Source: a virus
Lineage: Duplodnaviria; Caudoviricetes
Strand: one strand, 5' to 3'
DNA length: 64,000 bases
IMG/VR virus record: IMGVR_UViG_3300042993_000007
Location: 71-64,070 of that record
Shown: positions 9,673-17,692 of the stretch, piece after piece
Layout of the letters: every line of letters starts with the position of its first letter
Numbering within the stretch: the stretch's first letter is position 1
Made by a program: the position numbers and the translations under genes
Notes under the pieces: generated by a model
Databases searched by the model: none
Seen by the model: only the letters and a program-made list of their open reading frames with translations
What the model was told of the DNA's origin: nothing

Positions 9673-10044
9673 TTAAATGTTGACCCGCAAGTCAGGAGCC
9701 TCACCGTTGCGGCACATATCCTCCGCGAACTTGTGCAGCCAGACATCGTTGTTGTAGCTCGGCCCAAAGCGCTCAATAGCGATGCGCTTGGCGTGCTCCA
9801 GGGCTCGCTCCATCGTCATTGCGACCCACATGCGCTGGCCATAGTGCGGCTTATGCCATGGTGCCGGGTGGTCGCGGTGGAACTGGGTGTGGGTCAGTGT
9901 CGGTTTACCACAACTAGGGCAGCCGCAGCCGAACGCAGTAACGCCGTCCCGACTGTTCCAAATCACCTCCCTGTGCCCGCAGGGACAGGCGTAGTTCATA
10001 AGGCAGAAAGCCTCAGCGTGGTTATACAATGGGTTGGCTTTCAT
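9673..10044 (-). CDS. Hypothetical Zn-ribbon protein
   Basis: CPCGH...CPSCG; ATG 10044 overlaps upstream stop (ATGA). Confidence 0.65.
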   Translation of the reverse strand: MKANPLYNHAEAFCLMNYACPCGHREVIWNSRDGVTAFGCGCPSCGKPTLTHTQFHRDHPAPWHKPHYGQRMWVAMTMERALEHAKRIAIERFGPSYNNDVWLHKFAEDMCRNGEAPDLRVNI

Positions 10045-10295
10045 TTTGCTCTCCAAACGCTAACACCGGTTACGTCGCAGAAGAATTCCTCTTCCTCTGT
10101 TTTAACCGGGATGTAAGAAATGTTCGTGGTGTAGATGATTGGCACCAAGGTCCAGTCGGTCCTGGTGGCGCCTGTTTTATGGCAGCCGTTTTTGAACGCC
10201 TGCTCGGACTGGTAGCGGGAAACTGCCTCCAGGCCAGCAACTGAGGCCCATACGGTGAAGCAGATTACAGCACCCCAAAACACTAAAGCCTTCAT
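10041..10295 (-). CDS. Hypothetical protein with N-terminal TM/signal
   Basis: Hydrophobic N-terminus; AAGGAG SD. Confidence 0.6.
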   Translation of the reverse strand: MKALVFWGAVICFTVWASVAGLEAVSRYQSEQAFKNGCHKTGATRTDWTLVPIIYTTNISYIPVKTEEEEFFCDVTGVSVWRAK

Positions 10296-10372
10296 GTGAA
10301 ACTCCTTGCGCGTTGGCGCCCTGGAGCGCTCAATTTGTAGTTTAACAGCGTCATTGTTTTGATAACAAACGG

Positions 10373-10594
10373 TTAATACATGGTGGCGGAGCCTGGGCAG
10401 GTGTGCTCTTTGTTGTCCTTGCTGAACAGTTTGAAACCTCGCTCAGTTGGATACCAGTACAGCCCCTGGGTTCTGCAGAACCTGCACATACGCGGGCACT
10501 TCGGCCATTTGAACCGCTTCACAACACCTGGGCGGAAGTGTTCCTCGGTGTCCGGCATTTCCTCAAACTCATCGGGATGTACTTTGAAGGTCAT
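10373..10594 (-). CDS. Hypothetical Cys-rich protein (frame is open further upstream to about 10834)
   Basis: ATG 10594 with GAGGAG SD; CPRMCRFC...HTC. Confidence 0.55.
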   Translation of the reverse strand: MTFKVHPDEFEEMPDTEEHFRPGVVKRFKWPKCPRMCRFCRTQGLYWYPTERGFKLFSKDNKEHTCPGSATMY

Positions 10595-10833
10595 TGCAGT
10601 ATCCTCCTCAGCGAAGCTCAAGTAATGAGCCTCAAGTTTCCATTCAGTGCTGGCAAGCTGCTGGGCAGTTATTTCCACCGCGTTACCCAGCAGCCCAACC
10701 ATTAACAGCCGACCGCAGTGCTGGTGGAGCCAGTAGTGCAGGCCGGTCGCCCTGTGCGCGTACAGGTGGCGCCTGGGCTTAGCTTGGCACAGTACCGCTA
10801 TACGGCGCATGCCAAACGATTCGGCGTACACAC

Positions 10834-11457
10834 CTAGAGCCTCAGGCCGTGCGCGGCTAGGACCTTTTTCATGCGATCGGGTTTGGTTTTGAGGTGGTGG
10901 CACACGTCGGTGAAGCACATGGTTCCCTGGAGCGATTTGAACTGTTCAAACAGTTGGCGGTCGCGCTCAGCCCAGCTCACTTTCTTGTACACCATGGCAT
11001 CGGGGTTGTTGGCGAACTCTGACTCCAGCACGCGCTGCATCACGCCCTCGCTGCAACCGCAGTGGTGCAGGAATTCACACTTGCCGAGTTTCAGCGGCAG
11101 CAGTTCTGCGATACGTTTAGCCACAGCAGCATCCTTGGCAGCCCTTGCCGCGTCAATGCGCTTGTTAGTGGCTTCGGTGTGCTGCTTATACTGCTCTACC
11201 GTGAACTTGCCCGTCTCGGCCACGTAGGCGCGGTTGTAACAGGTTTGGTCGTCCACGCGAAGGCCGGACTCCAGCTGGGTAATGGTGCCACCTTGGGCAA
11301 GGAACTTGGCGGTCAGGTCTTCCAGCTCGGCATGCAGGGCGGTATGGTCTTCCGCTGGCGGCACGTCGGACCATTCGTCCGGCGCAGCCCAGGCTTCCTC
11401 AACGGGCATAAGTATCGAGCTGCTGTCTTTTTCCATTGTGGCGGCTTTAGCATTCAT
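10834..11457 (-). CDS. Putative transcription regulator: SutA-like RNAP-binding segment plus two HTH-like repeats
   Basis: LHAELEDLTAKFLAQGGTITQLESG resembles SutA EEFLSRGGKVQEIE; acidic N-terminus; two helical HTH-like C-terminal units. Confidence 0.55.
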   Translation of the reverse strand: MNAKAATMEKDSSSILMPVEEAWAAPDEWSDVPPAEDHTALHAELEDLTAKFLAQGGTITQLESGLRVDDQTCYNRAYVAETGKFTVEQYKQHTEATNKRIDAARAAKDAAVAKRIAELLPLKLGKCEFLHHCGCSEGVMQRVLESEFANNPDAMVYKKVSWAERDRQLFEQFKSLQGTMCFTDVCHHLKTKPDRMKKVLAAHGLRL

Positions 11458-11755
11458 GGTCGTTCCCCTGGGTAATCGAGGGCAACCCGAGTGAGTTTCT
11501 TACGCACTCAATTGCCATAGTTATGAAGCTGATTCGGGCATAGATTTCCGATGCAGTGTGGATGGATTGGTGCATTGTGCTTGGGTCATCGGCGCAAGCA
11601 ATTTCGGTGATGAAATCGGTGTAAGCCTCAACCTGGATTTCACGTTCAATGTTGAGGTTACGAAGTTCGCGGTACTGGTGGAACCGGGCTTGGCTGCATA
11701 CAACTTGAGGTTCAAGGCCGGTGGCAGCGTCTGTGAATATTTTAGCGCAACCCAT
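11447..11755 (-). CDS. Hypothetical protein
   Basis: 102-aa ORF, GGGAG SD, coupled to downstream gene. Confidence 0.6.
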   Translation of the reverse strand: MGCAKIFTDAATGLEPQVVCSQARFHQYRELRNLNIEREIQVEAYTDFITEIACADDPSTMHQSIHTASEIYARISFITMAIECVRNSLGLPSITQGNDHEC

Positions 11756-11789
11756 GATCGTTCTCCCTGCGTATTGGTTGACGTTCTTG

Positions 11790-11924
11790 TTATTTCAGAA
11801 ATACGCTGTCAAGCTGGGTTGTGCCGCATGTGCGAGTGGTTGGGGTGGGGTATGTTGCGAGGATAAACAGCCAGGTGATTGCTATGCAAAAGGCGAAGGA
11901 CATTGCAAGCTTCAGAGGTTTCAT
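11790..11924 (-). CDS. Small TM protein (44 aa)
   Basis: ATG 11924 with GGAG SD downstream of promoter at 11988-12021. Confidence 0.5.
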   Translation of the reverse strand: MKPLKLAMSFAFCIAITWLFILATYPTPTTRTCGTTQLDSVFLK

Positions 11925-11987
11925 AGATACTCCAAGGGCTGCGTAGCTGGGTGAGGTAGTTCGCTTCCGTTGCTGCCCTTGGTTGTA

Positions 11988-12021
11988 ACTGTAGCGCAAC
12001 AACTTTTTCCTGCAAGATTTT
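11988..12021 (-). promoter_or_regulatory. sigma70-like promoter with AAAATC upstream element
   Basis: AAAATC-TTGCAG-N16-TACAGT. Confidence 0.6.
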
Positions 12022-12043
12022 AGTGTTAGGAAATTGTAACAGC

Positions 12044-12451
12044 CTAATAACCCGAGGCGTTACAGCGGCTTAACACCTCATACCGGCTGATGCGAGGTAG
12101 CTCGTAAGTCCGATACACACGATAACGGCACTTCGCCTGCATAGACGTTGTGCCGTTGTTTTCACGCCGCATGGTTGGCAAGTTGGGCTGACCCGGTCCG
12201 ATTCCGAATGCCCGTGCCGCTGCACGACGTTCCAACCTGTCTTGGCTGCCGTCGCCCCCAGGACTGATCGCCGTTGTCCACCCTGGGGTTGGGGGTGGTT
12301 CGGTCCAATCTTGGGCGACAACCGACTGGTGGGTGAAGGCAGGCTGTAGGGCCACCCTTTCGTCACCGTCGTCTGCCACCGCCCAGGTGGCCCCGTAGCC
12401 AACCAAAGCCAGGGCCAACGTTCCGAGTAAAATTACACGCTTCACAGTCAT
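12044..12451 (-). CDS. Hypothetical exported protein
   Basis: MTVKRVILLGTLALALVGYGATWAVA signal peptide; AGGAG SD. Confidence 0.55.
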   Translation of the reverse strand: MTVKRVILLGTLALALVGYGATWAVADDGDERVALQPAFTHQSVVAQDWTEPPPTPGWTTAISPGGDGSQDRLERRAAARAFGIGPGQPNLPTMRRENNGTTSMQAKCRYRVYRTYELPRISRYEVLSRCNASGY

Positions 12452-12613
12452 TTGCATTCTCCTACCTATAGTGTAGCTGACTGCATAAGGCAGGGCTCGA
12501 ATCACAACTTCTAGTCCAACCATCTTCACCTATACCGCGTTGTGACCGCGTGAAGCTGGCTACGGCTGGAGGTGATCACCCTGCTATCTAGCCCGGTTGT
12601 GCCGAACCCTGGC

Positions 12614-12814
12614 TTATGCAGTCTTACGATCGCGGAACAGTACCATGACGATAACCACAACCCAAATCACGGTCAGGAAACGTACCATCGATGGGCGTAT
12701 GCTTGGCGTGCCGTCGGCCAAGTCTGCGGCCTTCAACATCAGGTTGAATGCGTATGCACCCAGTATATACAGCGCTGCCACAACGAACCACAGGATTTGA
12801 ATTTGCGTTAGCAT
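12614..12814 (-). CDS. Small two-TM membrane protein (66 aa)
   Basis: ATG 12814 with GAGGT SD. Confidence 0.6.
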   Translation of the reverse strand: MLTQIQILWFVVAALYILGAYAFNLMLKAADLADGTPSIRPSMVRFLTVIWVVVIVMVLFRDRKTA

Positions 12815-13145
12815 GGCGCACCTCGTTGAAAGTGTTTGAGCGAGGCGGACTGGACACACCTAAGGACTTGTCAGCCCATACAGGTTCAGCCCAGCTCTCC
12901 GCCTGTGTACATGCCCTAGCTCGCTCGACACTAGGCACAGGGTTGCATGGATATTTATTTGTCTGCGCCTCCGTACTTGGCCCAGGGTGTTGCGGTACAT
13001 GGGTGCGACGGTTGCAAGTGCGACGGTTGACGGACAGTGTATGTATGACGCTAGCCCGCACTGTCACGGGAGGGTGCGCTTTGCTTGTACCTCCTGGAAG
13101 AACGTTGGACGCCCTTGCTGGTGGCCTTGAGCCCCGCTGCCTGCA
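12815..13145 (-). ncRNA. Candidate structured ncRNA or long 5' leader
   Basis: About 330 nt lacking a credible ORF after a strong promoter; several stem-loops and a 12-nt direct repeat. Confidence 0.4.
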
Positions 13146-13150
13146 TTTGT

Positions 13151-13179
13151 ATTAAAGCCATTTCTTGAAAAGGTCGCAA
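13151..13179 (-). promoter_or_regulatory. sigma70-like promoter
   Basis: TTGCGA-N17-TTTAAT. Confidence 0.65.
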
Positions 13180-13197
13180 GCGGAGCGTTAGGATTAT

Positions 13198-13500
13198 TTA
13201 ACTAGCGTCCGTGTCGTGAGCCTCGGCCATGTGAAAGCAGTACAACTCAGCGATGTCGCATATGGCAAAGAACGGCTTGCTGCGTATGCCAGGGTTATCG
13301 GGCAACTCCTCCCACAAGTGCTGAAAGAACCCGCCAACCACCTTGGCGTCGCTTACAGAGCCGCTGGCCGGATCCCATTTGCTCAGTTCCTTGGCGCGCT
13401 TGGTGGCGTGCATATACTGGGCAAGGTAGGCCGTGCAGATCTTGTCGTGGATGAATGCAGTAGCCTTGTCTATGATTTGTTTTTCGGTTGGTGTGGTCAT
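13198..13500 (-). CDS. Hypothetical protein
   Basis: 100-aa ORF with GAGG SD. Confidence 0.6.
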   Translation of the reverse strand: MTTPTEKQIIDKATAFIHDKICTAYLAQYMHATKRAKELSKWDPASGSVSDAKVVGGFFQHLWEELPDNPGIRSKPFFAICDIAELYCFHMAEAHDTDAS

Positions 13501-13502
13501 AG

Positions 13503-13829
13503 TTAAGTCCTCGATTTATAACCCCTGCCGTCTTCTCCGTCCCGCCACCTGGGGCCAATGGTGTCAGGTCGCTTCACTTTCTTTTCGTATTTCGGCCTTG
13601 GAGCACTTTGGTAGTCTGTGTCTGGTTGGTATGTGCCAGCCTTAAGCTGGGCTAGGTACTGCTGCCATTCTTGTTCAACTAGGTTGTCTGGCACAACGGG
13701 CGCTGTGCCTAGTTGCAGCTTGGGCGGCTTGGCGGGGCCTGGGTGGCACACCGGCTCGCTTGCGTCGACTAGCAACTTGTATTCTTCGATCTTCGCTTGC
13801 AACAAAGACCGAAGGTCGGACTTCTTCAT
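13503..13829 (-). CDS. Hypothetical protein
   Basis: ATG 13829 with GGGAGG SD. Confidence 0.6.
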   Translation of the reverse strand: MKKSDLRSLLQAKIEEYKLLVDASEPVCHPGPAKPPKLQLGTAPVVPDNLVEQEWQQYLAQLKAGTYQPDTDYQSAPRPKYEKKVKRPDTIGPRWRDGEDGRGYKSRT

Positions 13830-13909
13830 AGTCACCCTCCCACTTAACGGACGATGCACTTTAACATGAACCGTTTCCGTTAAGTTGGAGGTTTTACTTC
13901 GGGTGATTG

Positions 13910-14113
13910 TTAACCACAGGTGGGCGGTGGCTCAGCCTGCGATTCCACCCAGGCGTTGAAGTCCGCAATCAGTACGTCGATGGGGTTGACGTCCCCAGGC
14001 AGGCCGCGTGTCGCCTGCAACTCACGAATCTGGTGGGGTAGGCCGTTCAGTGCGCACAACACCCTGTAAAGGGCGTCTTGCGACACTGGGATCTTAGGGA
14101 GTTCGTCAGCCAT
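13910..14113 (-). CDS. Hypothetical protein (67 aa)
   Basis: ATG 14113 with AGGAG SD. Confidence 0.55.
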   Translation of the reverse strand: MADELPKIPVSQDALYRVLCALNGLPHQIRELQATRGLPGDVNPIDVLIADFNAWVESQAEPPPTCG

Positions 14114-14399
14114 TGGTGTCTCCTGGTGGTTTAATGAAGGCCGCGATGTCGGCTTCAAGTGATTCGTGCTGCTCGCACGCCAGGGCACCGCTGTCCAGCA
14201 CCTTCTGCAACAGGTAGGCAGCACGCTCCAGGCGACTGTTATAGGTGGCCGCGCCTTCGTCCCTGGCACGCACACGCCGGATTGCCATTTCAATACCGCT
14301 GCCGTAGATGTGGTGGATCACAGACTGCTTGACGCCCCTGGCGCGCATTGCCAGGGCTTCGGCTACCATCTCGTCAGTGTACTTGATCGGCATTATCAT
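14106..14399 (-). CDS. Hypothetical protein, N-terminal HTH-like
   Basis: KYTDEMVAEALAMRARGVKQSVIHHIYG pattern. Confidence 0.55.
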   Translation of the reverse strand: MIMPIKYTDEMVAEALAMRARGVKQSVIHHIYGSGIEMAIRRVRARDEGAATYNSRLERAAYLLQKVLDSGALACEQHESLEADIAAFIKPPGDTNG

Positions 14400-14695
14400 T
14401 TGAGCTCCAGTTGCTCAGCAAAGAGCCGTCGGATTTCTGGTAGGTCGTCCATGATAACTGGTTCGTTTGGCAGGTGTATCAGATGCGCGAGCTGGTGGAT
14501 GATGCCGTCGTCTGCTAGTACCCAGTGCGCATTCAGGCCCTTCACCCAGCACACGAACACAGCGAAGTGCAGTGCAGCAGGCAGGTCCGCCATGAACTGT
14601 TCGTCCGTCTGCTGCACGATGCGGTGGTAGTCCCGCTTCAACTCCTGATAGTCGAAGCTGTAGGTGCCACCGTTGCCCAGGGTGTAAGAGATCAT
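14396..14695 (-). CDS. Hypothetical protein
   Basis: 99 aa, ATGA-type overlaps with neighbours. Confidence 0.6.
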   Translation of the reverse strand: MISYTLGNGGTYSFDYQELKRDYHRIVQQTDEQFMADLPAALHFAVFVCWVKGLNAHWVLADDGIIHQLAHLIHLPNEPVIMDDLPEIRRLFAEQLELK

Positions 14696-14973
14696 GGCGT
14701 GGCGTCCATCAGCTGCATTGGCGTGCGGTACGCTGGGTCAGCGCGGTCACTATCAACCATGGCCCGGTTGTCCCGCAGGAACTTGCGCACAGCACCCTTG
14801 ACGATGCCAATGTTGGCACCAACCAAGTCCAGCGGATGGAAGAAATTGCCCTGGTAGTAATACAGTCGGCCGGTCTGCCCGTCCAGGTTTAGGATGTGGT
14901 GTTCACGGTTGTCCATTACGACCTCCACACGGTGTTGCAAACGTGGCATTTGTGCATCAGCCCGAAGTGCCAA
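14692..14973 (-). CDS. Hypothetical protein (start uncertain)
   Basis: Fills gap in co-directional cluster. Confidence 0.45.
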   Translation of the reverse strand: MALRADAQMPRLQHRVEVVMDNREHHILNLDGQTGRLYYYQGNFFHPLDLVGANIGIVKGAVRKFLRDNRAMVDSDRADPAYRTPMQLMDATP

Positions 14974-15007
14974 TGTTGGAAAGGACTAACGCCGCACTTC
15001 GGACATT

Positions 15008-15667
15008 TCAAGGCTCGTCATACTCCATGGGTGGCATAGGCACGATGCCGATCAGCTTTGGGTCCAGTGCAGTTGCAGGCTTTGCCACTTCGGCAACCCA
15101 TTCGCTTATGTGGTCTATGCAGGCGTATACGCCAGCCGTGTTTTCACACCCTGACAACTCTTTGAACTCCAGTGGTAACGCAACGATGCCAGCCACCAGT
15201 TCCCTGTTACGCTGCTCGGCGGCTTCAGCTCGCTTAACCAGATTGGTGTGCCCTTCCTGGTAGCGGGCCAGTTCAGCGTGCAAGCTGTCCAGCAGTTTGA
15301 AGTTCGGTTTCTGCCCCAACGGTGGGCGCCAGTGCTCACCTCCGTTGTATGTGTAACCGCGTGCTTTCAAGGTGCGGGCAGCGGCGTGCAATGCGGCGAG
15401 TTCGGGCGAGGCAACACGGAGCGCTTGATTGTTTAGGCTTTGCGCTAGAGAGAAGCATTGGTCTGAAGTCAGAACCGTATAGCACCGGGATGCGTCAACG
15501 GCTTCAGCTACAGACTTCATGCTATGCACCACCGGCTGGCGCTCGACGACAGGGGCAACGAGAAGGGCTCTCAGTTTGGCACCTGTGCCAACCGACACCG
15601 CACCGCTTGTCAGCTCGGACAGAATCTGTTCACCAAGTTCCCTGGGCAATGCAATGGCACCGCTCAT
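15008..15667 (-). CDS. Hypothetical Ea22/Ead-like early protein
   Basis: Modular coiled-coil with [19 protein letters not shown] segment common in early phage genes. Confidence 0.55.
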   Translation of the reverse strand: MSGAIALPRELGEQILSELTSGAVSVGTGAKLRALLVAPVVERQPVVHSMKSVAEAVDASRCYTVLTSDQCFSLAQSLNNQALRVASPELAALHAAARTLKARGYTYNGGEHWRPPLGQKPNFKLLDSLHAELARYQEGHTNLVKRAEAAEQRNRELVAGIVALPLEFKELSGCENTAGVYACIDHISEWVAEVAKPATALDPKLIGIVPMPPMEYDEP

Positions 15668-15909
15668 TGTTTCTCACCCAGGCCAATGGGGCATGGGCTG
15701 ACTGCACACGACGCGCAGAACCGGAACGGTGCGGCGTGCGGGCAGTCCTGGTGCTTCACTACAGGCTCCGTGGGCTCGTACTTGGCCAGGGCAGCCCGCA
15801 GCGCATCGATTTCGTCCTGCATGTACTTGTCGGATGAGAATGACGGCATGCCACTTTCGTTTTCGTTGCCGTCTTGGACGTACCGGTCACGCCAGCTTGG
15901 GATAGTCAT
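15664..15909 (-). CDS. Hypothetical Cys-rich protein
   Basis: HQDCPH...[10 protein letters not shown]; GAGGA SD. Confidence 0.55.
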   Translation of the reverse strand: MTIPSWRDRYVQDGNENESGMPSFSSDKYMQDEIDALRAALAKYEPTEPVVKHQDCPHAAPFRFCASCAVSPCPIGLGEKQ

Positions 15910-16523
15910 GGTTGTTTCCTCGTGTTGGTGAATATGTCTTCGTACCACCCAGTACCCCACAGGTCGACGTCCTTGACTGGCACTAAGCGGTCTGTGATCA
16001 ACCGAATCAGTTCGTCTTTCTGCCAGTCCTTTGGCAACTGCGGAACGTCTTTGCCCAGCTTCAGGAAGTCGAATGGACCTGCACTGGTGAGCTGTTCGAA
16101 CTGGCGCATGAAGCCAAGGTCTGCGGTGCAGGCTTCGTCAAAGCCAAGGAACTTGGCTTGCGCACCGTTGTACGGTTTCCACTGTGCAGTGTGCCACGGG
16201 CTTCGCGCAGGGTTGCTGAATGAAATGACCTTCCCAACCCTGCGTTCGATGCGGCCAAGCTGTTGGATGTACAGGCTCGGCGAGTACATGTTGAGGCGTT
16301 TGAGCGCTTCCTTGTTGAACTCAGACGCTTCTTCGTAGTAAAGGAACTTACTGCACACCTCGCAATACACCGGGCCACCCCAGCCGATTGGCATGTGGCC
16401 GTCCTTGCATGGGTCTTCAAGGCACTTGTACAGGTCCTGGATGTTGCGCGGCCCGCAGTACCCGTCGAGCAGGTCAACAAGCCTGTCCGCGTCAATCCTG
16501 AGTGTAACTTCTCGTGTGGCCAT
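15906..16523 (-). CDS. Hypothetical protein
   Basis: ATG 16523 with GGAGG SD; 205 aa. Confidence 0.6.
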   Translation of the reverse strand: MATREVTLRIDADRLVDLLDGYCGPRNIQDLYKCLEDPCKDGHMPIGWGGPVYCEVCSKFLYYEEASEFNKEALKRLNMYSPSLYIQQLGRIERRVGKVISFSNPARSPWHTAQWKPYNGAQAKFLGFDEACTADLGFMRQFEQLTSAGPFDFLKLGKDVPQLPKDWQKDELIRLITDRLVPVKDVDLWGTGWYEDIFTNTRKQP

Positions 16524-16567
16524 AAGAACCTCCGTTTGTTGCACCATGCTAGCAAGCAAACCAGCAC

Positions 16568-17029
16568 TCAGCTGGACGTTTTAACGTCCACGAACGTGAC
16601 CGACAAGCCACCATCCGTTTCGGTAATGCCACCGATTTTGCAGGTGTACCGCCCAGGTGGAGTATTCGCCGGGTCCATCTGCATTTGCATCGTGTAATGA
16701 ACAGTGATGTCGTGCGGGTTGACTAACCACACATCACACGGCAGGTTGCGCAGCGTGGCCTCGATTTGGTTCAGGCTCCACTGTGACAGTTCGTCGCATA
16801 TGATCAGGTCGTCTGGCCTGTCGTCCGCACGGCGCAGCCACATCAGCGGAGTGATGAACGTGGTGTTGGGTGGCAGGTACTCGGCCCACTGGTTCGCCAG
16901 CTCAAGCACTGGGGCTATTACGGTGATCTTGCCGTACTGCCCCAGGGCGTGCCCTTCGCGTGCCGCAGGCGCCACTAGGCCGGTTCGTACACCGGCACCT
17001 GTGGGTGCTCGGAACACTTGCGTGATCAT
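16568..17029 (-). CDS. Degenerate single RecA-like domain of SF2 (DEAD-box-like) helicase type
   Basis: APTGAGVRT (Walker A without Lys), IAPVLELANQW (motif Ia), LIICDE (Walker B). Confidence 0.5.
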   Translation of the reverse strand: MITQVFRAPTGAGVRTGLVAPAAREGHALGQYGKITVIAPVLELANQWAEYLPPNTTFITPLMWLRRADDRPDDLIICDELSQWSLNQIEATLRNLPCDVWLVNPHDITVHYTMQMQMDPANTPPGRYTCKIGGITETDGGLSVTFVDVKTSS

Positions 17030-17199
17030 ACGGGCTCCCCAAGGGCCTTGGCGGCTGCCTTAATGCACAGGGGTTTGGTGGCTTCCTGACAGATGCGTTT
17101 GCCGTCGAGCATGCACATCCAATCCAGGTTGCCGCTCTTGTAGAAGACGCAGCCAGCGGCTTTCAGGCGGTCTTCGACTTTACCGAGGTGTGTATTCAT
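17026..17199 (-). CDS. Hypothetical protein (57 aa; not in ORF track)
   Basis: MNTHLGKVEDRLKAAG..., AGGT SD, ATGA overlap. Confidence 0.5.
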   Translation of the reverse strand: MNTHLGKVEDRLKAAGCVFYKSGNLDWMCMLDGKRICQEATKPLCIKAAAKALGEPV

Positions 17200-17202
17200 G
17201 GT

Positions 17203-17427
17203 TCACCTTAATGGATGGGATGAAACGAAGGACGCGAAGAACGTGTCGGCTCGGGCCTGCCGTTCAGCCGCGTCCATTTCAACCTGCATGGCAGGGCGCA
17301 ACGATACCCAGCCGCACGGTTTCAGTTCGAACAGCCAACCGTAGTGGCCGTTCGCTTTGTCGGTCTGTATGGCGTACTTGCCGCCACCACCTACCACCAT
17401 ACCTGGGGTGAGTTCGCCTGGGTTCAT
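17203..17427 (-). CDS. Hypothetical protein
   Basis: 74 aa, GGAGG SD. Confidence 0.55.
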   Translation of the reverse strand: MNPGELTPGMVVGGGGKYAIQTDKANGHYGWLFELKPCGWVSLRPAMQVEMDAAERQARADTFFASFVSSHPLR

Positions 17428-17645
17428 GAGCGGCCTCCAAGCAACTTCAGGATTTCAGCACTGCGAGCGTCCAGGCCCTTGGCGAACGCCAGCTCGCACA
17501 TCTTATCAACCATGTAAGCAGGCACCATGACGCCGTCCTTGTTTTTATCGACGGCGCGCTTGTCCCAACTAACCATGAACTTACCGTCCACGTACAGCTC
17601 CATGTCGCCGTTGTCGCAAACGCAAACTCTGAACGTAGGGTCCAT
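17424..17645 (-). CDS. Hypothetical protein
   Basis: 73 aa, AGGAG SD. Confidence 0.6.
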   Translation of the reverse strand: MDPTFRVCVCDNGDMELYVDGKFMVSWDKRAVDKNKDGVMVPAYMVDKMCELAFAKGLDARSAEILKLLGGRS

Positions 17646-17692
17646 ATCAGTCTCCTGAGGGACGCCGGTATCCCGGCATCGCCTACCAAGGG

